IMG/VR virus record: IMGVR_UViG_3300005812_000001
Coordinates: 1-53,536 of that record
Length of the DNA: 53,536 nt
Direction: 5' to 3' (one strand)
Source of the DNA: a virus
Taxonomy: Duplodnaviria > Caudoviricetes
Part shown: positions 9,403 through 17,511 of the stretch, in pieces
Layout: each line of letters begins with the position of its first letter
Numbering within the stretch: position 1 is the stretch's first letter
Notes under the pieces: model-generated
What the model was told of the DNA's origin: nothing
The model's database searches: none
What the model saw: only the letters and a program-made list of their open reading frames with translations
Translations under genes and position numbers: made by a program

Positions 9403-11213
9403 CGTGCACCTCCAGGCAAAGCGATAGCGGTGGCAATATCCCGGACCCACACCGGAGTACTGCTCAAAATGAAGGTCTCACCGGTCATGGCCAGCAACAT
9501 GGTTTCGGCCATAACAGAGGCGATGGCTTGGGCTGCCGGCGGCGGTACCGCGTTGCCGATACGCTCCCTCCAGGCGGAATCGCTGAGGCCGTCCAGCTCC
9601 AATTTCTCTACCGGATCCACCAGCCCCTGCAGGGCTGCCAGTTCAAGGGTGGTGAAGGGGCGGTGCCAGGTGCCGTCCAGGGCGCGGATCATCGCGACAA
9701 GGCGGTCGGTCTGGGCTGGAATAATTTCGGAATAATTTTCATCACTTTCTGTAAAGCGCGGGTCGGCTACTGACCACCGGCCATTGTCGTGGCTGGCAAA
9801 GCCGGACACGGCGCCGCAGCTTGCCGCCCAGGGCACAACGCCGTAGTGGCCACCGGTCAGGTAGTGGTCACCACGCTGGCGCTGGATGCCCGGGCGCGGG
9901 TCGGCCACGGCAAAGGCTCCCTGACCGGTGGTGCTACCCGAAATCACGGTACCGGCGGGACCGTTGAAGTCGGTGACCCGGTATTTGCCGGTGAAGCTGT
10001 TGCCGCGGGGATCGGCTACACACTGGCCGCTGCCGTGGGCGCTGGTGACGGCGCCGCATTCACGGGACCAGGGCACCACACGGAAACAGTTGCTGTGCTT
10101 GGCCGGGCCGTGGTGGCGAGGGTCCGCCACGCTGAAAGAGCCTTGGCCGGGGGACTGCTGGCCGGTGACGGTACCAGTGGGGCCATCCCAGCGGCGCACA
10201 CCGTAGGCTTGCCCCTCGTTCCACTTGCCGCTGACAGCGAAACGCGGGTCGGCCACGGAGAAACTGCCGTTACTGGGTGTGTTGCGCCCGGCGACGGTGC
10301 CCATGGATTGCTCCCAGCCGTTTACGCCCAGGTACCCGGCCCGGTATTCGGGAACAATCAGATAGTCACGAAGGTTGCCATCTTCAACTGCCAGCTTGTT
10401 CAGGCTGCGCCAGTCGCTGCCGGCCTCGACAAAGGCCAGCCGAACCCATGTCTTCCACTGCAGGCGCGGGATGCGATGCATCGGTCCTGCCATGCCGTCA
10501 CCGGGCATAGGCATATCGCCCAAGATGTCGCCCACGGCGCGAAGCGGGCGCTTCACCGGCTCGTACAGGAATGCCGGCACCTTCTCCTGGTGACGGGCCA
10601 CCAGCAGGAAGCGTTTACGGCTCTGGGCCAGTCCGCCCAGCTCACCGCAGTCATGGGTTGTTTCTGCTACGGCATAGCCGTAGGCCTGCAGCAGGGCGCA
10701 GATCTGGTCCAGCAGCGGCCGGCCACGGTTTTGAATCCTTGGGACGTTTTCGAAAACAAAGAGCTCAACCGGATCATCCTTCCAGGCTTCCAGAGCCAAC
10801 CACATGCCACGTAAAGTCAGTCCGTTCAGTGCCTGGTACTTCGGGGTCGCGCTCTTGCTCTGAGAAAGCAGGCCGCTGAAGCCCTTGCAGGGGGCGGAGA
10901 GGAAGACAATGTTGGGGTTCTCGCCACCGGCAGCGGCCCGGATGTCTGCCGGTGTAGCTTCCTTCCAGCCCTTGGGCGGCTCTTCGCCGTGAAAGATGGT
11001 GTATTGCTCACGGTCGAACATATCCAGAACGGTGCCCGGGACGCCGGCCAGTTTCTTGAAGTCGCGGATAGCGCCGGCATCCACATCCACGCCACCGATG
11101 CAGCGGAATTTTGCCTCAAGGGAGCCCACACGGGCGTGGCCCTTGTTGAAGCCGGCAGCACCGCCGCCAAGCCCGCAGAATAAATGAAAATGCTTAAACT
11201 CAATTTGCTTCAT
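9399..11213 (-). CDS. C5 cytosine DNA methyltransferase with internal ADPR repeats
   Basis: LFCGLGG (I), SAPCKGFS (IV), ENVP (VI), QSRKR (VIII), IGNAVPP (X). Confidence 0.92.
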   Translation of the reverse strand: MKQIEFKHFHLFCGLGGGAAGFNKGHARVGSLEAKFRCIGGVDVDAGAIRDFKKLAGVPGTVLDMFDREQYTIFHGEEPPKGWKEATPADIRAAAGGENPNIVFLSAPCKGFSGLLSQSKSATPKYQALNGLTLRGMWLALEAWKDDPVELFVFENVPRIQNRGRPLLDQICALLQAYGYAVAETTHDCGELGGLAQSRKRFLLVARHQEKVPAFLYEPVKRPLRAVGDILGDMPMPGDGMAGPMHRIPRLQWKTWVRLAFVEAGSDWRSLNKLAVEDGNLRDYLIVPEYRAGYLGVNGWEQSMGTVAGRNTPSNGSFSVADPRFAVSGKWNEGQAYGVRRWDGPTGTVTGQQSPGQGSFSVADPRHHGPAKHSNCFRVVPWSRECGAVTSAHGSGQCVADPRGNSFTGKYRVTDFNGPAGTVISGSTTGQGAFAVADPRPGIQRQRGDHYLTGGHYGVVPWAASCGAVSGFASHDNGRWSVADPRFTESDENYSEIIPAQTDRLVAMIRALDGTWHRPFTTLELAALQGLVDPVEKLELDGLSDSAWRERIGNAVPPPAAQAIASVMAETMLLAMTGETFILSSTPVWVRDIATAIALPGGAR

Positions 11214-12565
11214 TTTGCGTCCTTATTCTGGATTCTCTGCTTTACTGGAATGGAAATACGCTGGCCCTCAAGCCGGTAATCGAAAGTGCGTTTGCGGCAT
11301 GCAGAAGGCAGCCATGGGAAGCGCTTCTTAAGCGAGGCCTGCAATCTGGAGCTGTTTGCGTGGCGGAAGTGGCCCTCATAGCTGGCCGCGATTGCCTGAA
11401 TAGCCCTGAACTCATGAGGGGTGGCGCTGATCTGGCCATCCTTGATGTGTTTTTGCTCCCACTCTGCGAATGCCCTACGGGCATGTGACAAGACGCGCTT
11501 TCGCACCAGGGTGTGGGAAGGTCGAACGATGTAGCCCAGGAAATCTATCCCATCGCTCAGTGGGCGAAGGCGGATGTCAGGCTTGAGCCGTAGGCGCAGC
11601 TCACGAGCGATAAAATCCTCAATTTCTGACTGCCACCGAGCTAGCTGCTCTCGGTCGTGGTGCACCAGTACGAAATCATCGACGTAGCGCAGGTATCGCT
11701 CGGCCTTTAGGTTGTGCTTAACGAACTGGTCCAGCTTGTCGAGATAGACATTGGCGAAGAACTGGGAGCTCAAATTCCCAATTGGGAGTCCGCATCCGTG
11801 CGCTGCGTTCTTCAGCCGCTTGTGGTGAGGCACCAGAGCGCGCTCTTCCTTGGTCCCGTGGTATTTCACGCCGGCATGCAGCGGGGGCCGGCGAAGCAGG
11901 GCATGCGTGGCTCGCATAACCTGCTCGGACGCGCCGGCCTGTGCCAGCTTCCGCTTCATGATCGCCCACAGAGTGGGGCGGTGGATTGAGTTGAAGAAGT
12001 TGTGAATGTCCAGTTGCAGATACCAACCGCCACCTTGACCGCTGTGCACCTGCCTCACGAACTTCTGAAGCCGATTAACGGCTGAATGGCTGCCTTTTCC
12101 CCGCCGGTTAGCGTAGCTATCGAAGATGAAGGCAGGCTCCCACAATGCCTCTAGTTGTGGCACCAGCCAGTGATGCACAACACGATCAGCAAAGTCAGGA
12201 GCGTGAATTTCCCTGGCTTTGGGGCGAGTGGCCACAAAGCAGGCGCTACGGCCTGGTTCCCAGGTGCAAGCATTGATGCTGCGTTGTAGATCCAGAAGGC
12301 CATCGGTCCACTTGGCATCGAAAGACAACTGGTTCTGGCTGGGCTTCTTTCCTGCTCTGGCTTTCCGCCAGGCGTCATAAAGGGCTCGTAATGTAACTGC
12401 CCCGTCACCGTGATACTCACCGGAACGAACCGCCCGAACACACGCGTTGTTGTTGCGGTGGTTGTTGTTGACATTGCCGTTGTTGAAGTTGACGACCCAA
12501 ACAGCGGTTTTGCCACGCTCTTTCGACCCTGCCGGACAGCCTTGTTGGTAGTGCGACATCGTCAT
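11210..12565 (-). CDS. DGR reverse transcriptase (451 aa, TR inside its 5' end)
   Basis: DGR-type LPIGNLSSQ, RYVDD, DFLGY; ATG 12565 overlaps the avd stop. Confidence 0.95.
   Translation of the reverse strand: MTMSHYQQGCPAGSKERGKTAVWVVNFNNGNVNNNHRNNNACVRAVRSGEYHGDGAVTLRALYDAWRKARAGKKPSQNQLSFDAKWTDGLLDLQRSINACTWEPGRSACFVATRPKAREIHAPDFADRVVHHWLVPQLEALWEPAFIFDSYANRRGKGSHSAVNRLQKFVRQVHSGQGGGWYLQLDIHNFFNSIHRPTLWAIMKRKLAQAGASEQVMRATHALLRRPPLHAGVKYHGTKEERALVPHHKRLKNAAHGCGLPIGNLSSQFFANVYLDKLDQFVKHNLKAERYLRYVDDFVLVHHDREQLARWQSEIEDFIARELRLRLKPDIRLRPLSDGIDFLGYIVRPSHTLVRKRVLSHARRAFAEWEQKHIKDGQISATPHEFRAIQAIAASYEGHFRHANSSRLQASLKKRFPWLPSACRKRTFDYRLEGQRISIPVKQRIQNKDAK
12419..12508 (-). repeat. DGR template repeat (TR)
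   Basis: 90 nt, 22 adenines, 10 AAY codons; matches VR1 and VR2 except at A positions. Confidence 0.97.
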
Positions 12566-13005
12566 GATTTGGCCCCCGCATGACTGCTTGAGGCGGCGTG
12601 GCCACTCAGTATCTGAGCACGCTCCGGAGAGGCTTCGCCCTCCGGATTCTGGCTCTTTCGGTGAATCTGACGCTTCCAGCCGCCCGCACACCGGCCTACT
12701 TCCTCGGTGGCACGAATCAGCGACTCGAACTGCTTGAAGCTTTTGAAGGCGCGAAGCTGGCTGCCCAGTTGCAGGCTCAGCTTCAGTTCATCTATCGCCC
12801 ATACCAGCTCTGAAACCCAATGTGACTGTCGATTACGATCACGCCAGGCGCGATGACACATGCGCACCACAGTCATAGCTTGGGCGCGCATATCATCGCC
12901 CAGCGTGTATTTGTGGTATCTCACGAATCCACGGACAACTTGCTCTATATCAACAAGCAGGCGCTCCGACTTTTTCGCAATTTCAGGCAATCGTTGAGTC
13001 GTCAT
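12562..13005 (-). CDS. avd: DGR accessory variability determinant (four-helix bundle)
   Basis: RYHKYTLGDDMR..EVGRCAGGW; basic; lies between target and TR. Confidence 0.9.
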   Translation of the reverse strand: MTTQRLPEIAKKSERLLVDIEQVVRGFVRYHKYTLGDDMRAQAMTVVRMCHRAWRDRNRQSHWVSELVWAIDELKLSLQLGSQLRAFKSFKQFESLIRATEEVGRCAGGWKRQIHRKSQNPEGEASPERAQILSGHAASSSHAGAKS

Positions 13006-13029
13006 AGCATCACATCAAAAATCAAAGAG

Positions 13030-13455
13030 TTACTGACCGGAACGAACCGCCCGAACACACGCGCCGTCGTTGCGGTGGTAGTAGTAGACAAGGCCGACGC
13101 CGAAGAGGACGACCCAAACAGCGGCGTCGTTAAAGGCGCAGGGAGTTGAGGTCCAGTAGCCACGGCTGCGGGTGTCAGGGAATTTTTCGGTATCAATAGC
13201 CGGTTCGTCGCGTGACAGATCAAGCAGCGGCTCCAGCTCCTGGCGAGTCGGCAGGCGCCAGCCAGGGCCAAGATCTGCAATCGCTTTCTCTGCCTTCTCG
13301 TAAGTGACGGCGTCACCGTCTAGGAGGGTATGGCTCCATTCCAGATTGCCTTGCGTGGCGGCTGGCTCGGAACGGTCCACCGTGATGGACATGGCCTCTC
13401 CAAAAAGTCCGATTTCAACGGATCGTTCCGGGGTTTTGATGATTAGCTTTTCCAT
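13030..13455 (-). CDS. DGR target 1, DUF1566/Lcl-like C-type lectin protein
   Basis: LEW..GWRLPTRQEL..YWTST..VRAVR; C-terminal VR; GGAG RBS. Confidence 0.93.
   Translation of the reverse strand: MEKLIIKTPERSVEIGLFGEAMSITVDRSEPAATQGNLEWSHTLLDGDAVTYEKAEKAIADLGPGWRLPTRQELEPLLDLSRDEPAIDTEKFPDTRSRGYWTSTPCAFNDAAVWVVLFGVGLVYYYHRNDGACVRAVRSGQ
13036..13125 (-). repeat. Variable repeat VR1
   Basis: 15/90 differences from TR, all at TR adenines. Confidence 0.96.
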
Positions 13456-13490
13456 GGTTATCTCCGCTATGGATGTTTTTTACTGCTTGC

Positions 13491-13790
13491 TTAGAAACTG
13501 AATTCCCATCGGTACCCGGCGGTGACCACGTTGAATCCGTGGTCTTTACCGGTCTCGATTGAACTGACGTGCTGGGCTTCGATCAGGAAGCCGCGGTATT
13601 CCACGCCGGCGACGAAAGAGCCAACGGTGTCGGGCAGATCCATCTTGTGGACGCTCTTGCGGCGCTCGCCTTCGTAGGTCCAGCGTTCCGTCATGCCGAT
13701 CTGGTAGCCCAACCCTCCCTGCAGGTAGAGAGTTGGCTCAGCCACGGCGAAACAAGGAATAATGGCAAGCAGGGCTAAGGGAATTTTCAT
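13491..13790 (-). CDS. Small secreted outer-membrane beta-strand protein
   Basis: Signal peptide MKIPLALLAIIPCFAVA; amphipathic strands; C-terminal YRWEFSF. Confidence 0.7.
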   Translation of the reverse strand: MKIPLALLAIIPCFAVAEPTLYLQGGLGYQIGMTERWTYEGERRKSVHKMDLPDTVGSFVAGVEYRGFLIEAQHVSSIETGKDHGFNVVTAGYRWEFSF

Positions 13791-13810
13791 TTCGGGATCT
13801 CCCAATATCG

Positions 13811-15424
13811 CTACGCGACTTCCTTAAGTATTTCTTGGCTCATGCCAAGCACCCACTCGGCAGCGGTCTGCACGTTGACACCAAAGCGGTCAGCGATAAC
13901 GTGCAGCAGCATCATGTCGCTGGGGCGCTCCGTTTCGGTGGATTCCGCCTTATATTCGGCGCGGGGCTCGCTTTTCACATGGGCGGGATTTTCTGGCTCA
14001 GGCGTAGTGACGGGGGATTCAGCAAGCTTGCGAGCCATTGATTCAGCCTCGGCCTGCTGCTGCGCTTCGCTCTCTGCTTTGGCCTTTTCCTCGGCAGCAA
14101 TGCGCTGGCGCTCAGTTTCCAGGCGGCGCTCTTCTTCCTGCTTGTGGTTGCTGATTCGGTTTGCCACTTCCAGCTTCACCAACTCGCTGTCTTTCAGTGC
14201 CAGCTGCTGCCGGTCGGCAAACAGGAATTCATAGCCAGCGTCGGCAATAGTATTGGCGTTGGCGCGAATCAGGTCGGCAGCTTCATTGATAGCAATTTTT
14301 GCGCGGGCTACTTCGTTGTCCGCTGCATCCTGCAGGGAGGTGATGGTGCGCTTGCCCTTCATGGCAGCATTGAAATCGGTATCGACACGGGGCAGGGCGT
14401 AGCCGTCCAGCGTGGCCTGAACCTTGGCGCCGTGTTCTTCGACGGCCTGCTTGCCCTGCTGGGCAATTTCCAGTTTGATGGCCTGCTTCTGGCTCTTAAC
14501 CAGTTTCTCTGCCATCAGGCGGTTATCGCGGGCCAGCTTGTGCAGCATGTCCTTTCGGCGCTTGGCGTTGTCCACGGCTTCAACCTGTGCCAGCAGTTGG
14601 GCTTCGGCGGAATCCAGGGCGTCTTCCGCCTTCTTCAGCTGCTTCACCTGGTTGTCCAGATCGGCAAAGTCCTGGTCGTTTTTCGGGTCCCGTACCAGCA
14701 CCTCGTCAATGAAGTGTTTCAGGGCAGATTCAAAGCGGTCGAAGTTGTCCACGATGGACAGTTCGCCGCTTACCTGAACGGATACCGCCGGCAGGTCTTG
14801 AGTGGTGGCACCGGTAACTTCCGGCGCCGTCTCGCGGGGCTGGTATTCGGCCAGATCGGCCCGGAACTGCTCCCATCCAGATTCCAGTGCAGCAAAGCGG
14901 GACTCATCGCGCTCAATCCACAGGTGCTTGCAGTTTTCCTTGGTGCCATCAGAAGCCATGAACAGGATCCGTTCGGCACCGGAAAGGGCGAACTGCTGAT
15001 CAAGCTGGATCCGGTAATGCTCGTCCAGCTCGCCGGCGTCAATCTGGGCGGCAAGGTCAGCATTCAGCCACTTGTGTTCCCAGCCGATTTTGCGGCACAT
15101 GGTCAGGCCATCCATGGATGCGAGATACCCGCCCTCGGCATCATCAAGCACCACCGGGTACAGCTCGTCATCAATCATTGCGTCTGCAATGGGACGCGCT
15201 GCCGCTTCGGCCTTGTGGCCCTTATCGAACGCCTTTTGCTGGCGCTCGCTGGGCTCAGGAACCACGCCAGTGGCTTTCTGATCCATCAGGCCATTGCGAG
15301 TCTGGTATTTGCTCTTGCCCACCATCGCCGGCGCCTCACTGGCCGTGTCACGCTCTGCGCGCAGTGCCAGCCACTCCGGGGATCCCTGCTCAACTTTTAC
15401 GAGTTTGCCGAGATTGAATTTCAT
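13811..15424 (-). CDS. YqaJ-family exonuclease with long coiled-coil tail
   Basis: EQGSPEWLALR..TASEA..GHKAE..ASMDG..WEHK..YRIQLDQQ. Confidence 0.9.
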   Translation of the reverse strand: MKFNLGKLVKVEQGSPEWLALRAERDTASEAPAMVGKSKYQTRNGLMDQKATGVVPEPSERQQKAFDKGHKAEAAARPIADAMIDDELYPVVLDDAEGGYLASMDGLTMCRKIGWEHKWLNADLAAQIDAGELDEHYRIQLDQQFALSGAERILFMASDGTKENCKHLWIERDESRFAALESGWEQFRADLAEYQPRETAPEVTGATTQDLPAVSVQVSGELSIVDNFDRFESALKHFIDEVLVRDPKNDQDFADLDNQVKQLKKAEDALDSAEAQLLAQVEAVDNAKRRKDMLHKLARDNRLMAEKLVKSQKQAIKLEIAQQGKQAVEEHGAKVQATLDGYALPRVDTDFNAAMKGKRTITSLQDAADNEVARAKIAINEAADLIRANANTIADAGYEFLFADRQQLALKDSELVKLEVANRISNHKQEEERRLETERQRIAAEEKAKAESEAQQQAEAESMARKLAESPVTTPEPENPAHVKSEPRAEYKAESTETERPSDMMLLHVIADRFGVNVQTAAEWVLGMSQEILKEVA

Positions 15425-16161
15425 GCTTCTGCTCCTTGCTTGAGGCCAAGAATTTGCTGGCGCTGGGATTCGGCCAGGGTGTATTTGGATTCCAGGAAGC
15501 CAATGATGTCTTGAGGGTCGGTGCCGCCTTCCACGCTGGCGCTGAAGTCGGGCAGCTTCTGCTCAAGGCGCCCCTGTGGGTATTCGGGAAGCTCTGACGC
15601 CTGCGCATCACGAGGCGGCGTAATGTCCCGTTCTTCAGGAATGTCCCGCGCCTCTTCGACCGTAATCAGGCCGCCCAGGGCATCGGCGAATTTGTCCCGC
15701 AGGGCATAGCCACGAGCACGCCACATCAGCATCCGCTTGGGGTACTGTTTCCATGGGCCTTGCTTATCCCAGAGGTTCGCTTTTTGGGCATCTGCCTGGC
15801 TGAAGGAAACGGTGTGCTTCTGTGCGTCACCCTTACGCCAGACGGTGCAAGTGGCTGTCATGGTCTGCTCGTCAAAGCTCTCTTCATGGCCGCCAAACTT
15901 CGGATGGTTCTGAACCAGCGCCAGAAGGGCATCGCCATAAATGGCCGGCTTCCCGTTAATGACGGCGATGTTCTGCAATGCCTGGATAGGGTTCAGGCCC
16001 AGCTCACTGCCCATCATCATGGCCACCAATGTGTCCTGTGGTTTGCGCTGGTAGTTCTTCGGCACCATTTCGCTGCCTGACAGCATTTCCGCCATCTGCA
16101 TGGCTTCCTGCATACTGTTTGGCTTCAAGGCGAAGCCGTTGGTCTGCGCAATCGCGTTCAT
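15421..16161 (-). CDS. RecT-like single-strand annealing protein
   Basis: GSELGLNPIQALQNIAVINGKP..WKQYPKRML; start re-called at MNAIAQ with GGAG RBS. Confidence 0.85.
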   Translation of the reverse strand: MNAIAQTNGFALKPNSMQEAMQMAEMLSGSEMVPKNYQRKPQDTLVAMMMGSELGLNPIQALQNIAVINGKPAIYGDALLALVQNHPKFGGHEESFDEQTMTATCTVWRKGDAQKHTVSFSQADAQKANLWDKQGPWKQYPKRMLMWRARGYALRDKFADALGGLITVEEARDIPEERDITPPRDAQASELPEYPQGRLEQKLPDFSASVEGGTDPQDIIGFLESKYTLAESQRQQILGLKQGAEA

Positions 16162-16198
16162 GTTTTTCTCCTGGCAAGGAATCAAAAAAAACAAAGAA

Positions 16199-16558
16199 TT
16201 ACTGACCGGAACGAACCGCCCGAACACACGCGTAGCTGCTGCGGTGGCCGTGGTAGACACCGCCGTCGTCGAAGTAGACGACCCAAACAGCGGTGTCATT
16301 CCAGGCACACGGCGTACTGGTCCAGTAGCAATCGTTCTTGGTGTCCGGAAAGGCGTCGGAGTCGATAGCGGGCTCGTGTTTGCTGTGATCTACCAAGGAG
16401 AACAGCTCGTCTACGGTGGGCAGGCGCCAGCCTTTCCCCAGGGCTTCTACTGCCTCCTGGGCTTTCTCAAAGGTCACGTCCTCGGCCACTGTGGCCTTCG
16501 TCCACTGCAAGCCGGTTTTGGTGTCTGTTACTACGCTGTGATCAATGAAACGCTGCAT
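16199..16558 (-). CDS. DGR target 2, DUF1566/Lcl-like protein (remote)
   Basis: VTDTKTGLQW..GWRLPTVDEL..YWTST; C-terminal VR. Confidence 0.94.
   Translation of the reverse strand: MQRFIDHSVVTDTKTGLQWTKATVAEDVTFEKAQEAVEALGKGWRLPTVDELFSLVDHSKHEPAIDSDAFPDTKNDCYWTSTPCAWNDTAVWVVYFDDGGVYHGHRSSYACVRAVRSGQ
16205..16294 (-). repeat. Variable repeat VR2
   Basis: 12/90 differences from TR, all at TR adenines. Confidence 0.96.
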
Positions 16559-16581
16559 TTGAAATGCCTCTTTGCTTGAAC

Positions 16582-16601
16582 AAAAAGGGGCGGGGAGCCC
16601 C
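16582..16601 (-). terminator. Putative intrinsic terminator (tL-like) upstream of target 2
   Basis: Minus strand GGGGC-TCCCC-GCCCC-TTTTT. Confidence 0.55.
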
Positions 16602-16772
16602 GTGAAACAACAGATCAGCGCTGTCGTTCTGTTAACTGTTTCCAGAAGCGGTGGAAGCGATTCGGGTGGCGTGCCCGACGGGCTGCTTCCTGAATGTTTC
16701 GCTCACGCGCTTCGTGGGCATCGGCCAACAGTTGGCGGCCAACGGCGTTATCTGGGACTCGGGTTACCAGGC

Positions 16773-16955
16773 TCATGCGTCTGCTCCTTCAGCTGCTTTC
16801 TTGCGCTTGTTGATCGATGTGAAGCTGCTTTTGCCGGTGACGCTGCTGGTTACGCCGAACTTGCGAATGGAGCCGCCGGCAGCCAGGAAGGCTTCTGTCT
16901 GCTCCTGAATACGCTGGCGTTCCATGCGCTTGGCGAAAGGGGCCGTCTCTTTCAT
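16773..16955 (-). CDS. SutA-like RNA-polymerase-binding peptide (60 aa)
   Basis: ERQRIQEQTEAFLAAGGSI resembles the SutA core; GGAGG RBS; ATGA overlap. Confidence 0.6.
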   Translation of the reverse strand: MKETAPFAKRMERQRIQEQTEAFLAAGGSIRKFGVTSSVTGKSSFTSINKRKKAAEGADA

Positions 16956-17230
16956 GCAGCCTCCTGGGGATAGATCATTAAATCCGCAGGCATCGGGGTA
17001 GGAAGACCAAATAGGTTGTTGATGGCTGCGGTAATAAGCGTCTGCCCTCGGTAGCAGATCAGGGTGACGGGGTGGCCGTGTCCGCAGAGGTGGAGAGCCA
17101 GCAGCCACCGACCACGCCATTCACCTTCTATTTTTTCGGCAGCGCGGCGGTCTACATTCGGATTGCACAACGCGCTTGCTTCCAGCACGGCAGTGCCTGT
17201 CAGGCGCTCAATGGCCATAAGTTCGTTCAT
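16952..17230 (-). CDS. Hypothetical protein, first gene after PL
   Basis: AAGGAG RBS; 92 aa. Confidence 0.65.
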   Translation of the reverse strand: MNELMAIERLTGTAVLEASALCNPNVDRRAAEKIEGEWRGRWLLALHLCGHGHPVTLICYRGQTLITAAINNLFGLPTPMPADLMIYPQEAA

Positions 17231-17286
17231 GTCTGTCTCCTTGGATCCGCGCTGTTGTTGTCGTGTTGTTTGAGTAACGTGAGGCT

Positions 17287-17345
17287 AGTATGAGAAATCT
17301 CATAAGTGGTGTCAATGAGATAACTCATAAAAAATATGAGAAATA
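17287..17345 (-). promoter_or_regulatory. PL promoter with OL operators
   Basis: -35 TTGACA (17315..17310), 17 bp, -10 CATACT; ATGAG-N4-CTCAT at 17290 and 17315; half site at 17336. Confidence 0.88.
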
Positions 17346-17511
17346 TAAAGTAGGCCCAAAATGACCGGTTGAGGAGCAGCGGAACAAAGCTCAAATATCT
17401 GAGTCGAAGCCGACGGGCCCGGAATATCTGTGTTCTGGATAAAGTTCGCTAGCGAACTCTGTGCGGAGGGTGTGCCTGGTAGGGGAGGGTTGTGCTAGAA
17501 CAATATGATGG

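Larger units (their letters stand above)
11210..13455 (-). mobile_element. Diversity-generating retroelement core cassette (target1-avd-TR/RT)
   Basis: RT, Avd, TR and VR with adenine-only mismatches. Confidence 0.97.

Noticed and set aside
11210-12691. RT as group II intron, retron or Abi RT; 493-aa start at 12691
   Set aside because: The GNLSSQ motif, Avd and TR/VR pairs identify a DGR. The longer start overlaps avd by 130 nt, whereas ATG 12565 is coupled to the avd stop.
7046-15514. Long plus-strand ORFs (7046..8386, 8483..9427, 9789..10814, 14144..15514)
   Set aside because: These are antisense shadows of well-supported minus-strand genes and have no motifs.
16162-16308. N-terminal extension of RecT overlapping VR2 (diversified RecT)
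   Set aside because: The same Thr-rich shifted frame is open over TR and VR1, so it is a by-product of the repeat. RecT has its own RBS at 16161.
16694-16726. Hammerhead-like CCGATG-stem-CGAAAC on the minus strand
   Set aside because: The core lacks CUGANGA and no convincing stems I and III are present.
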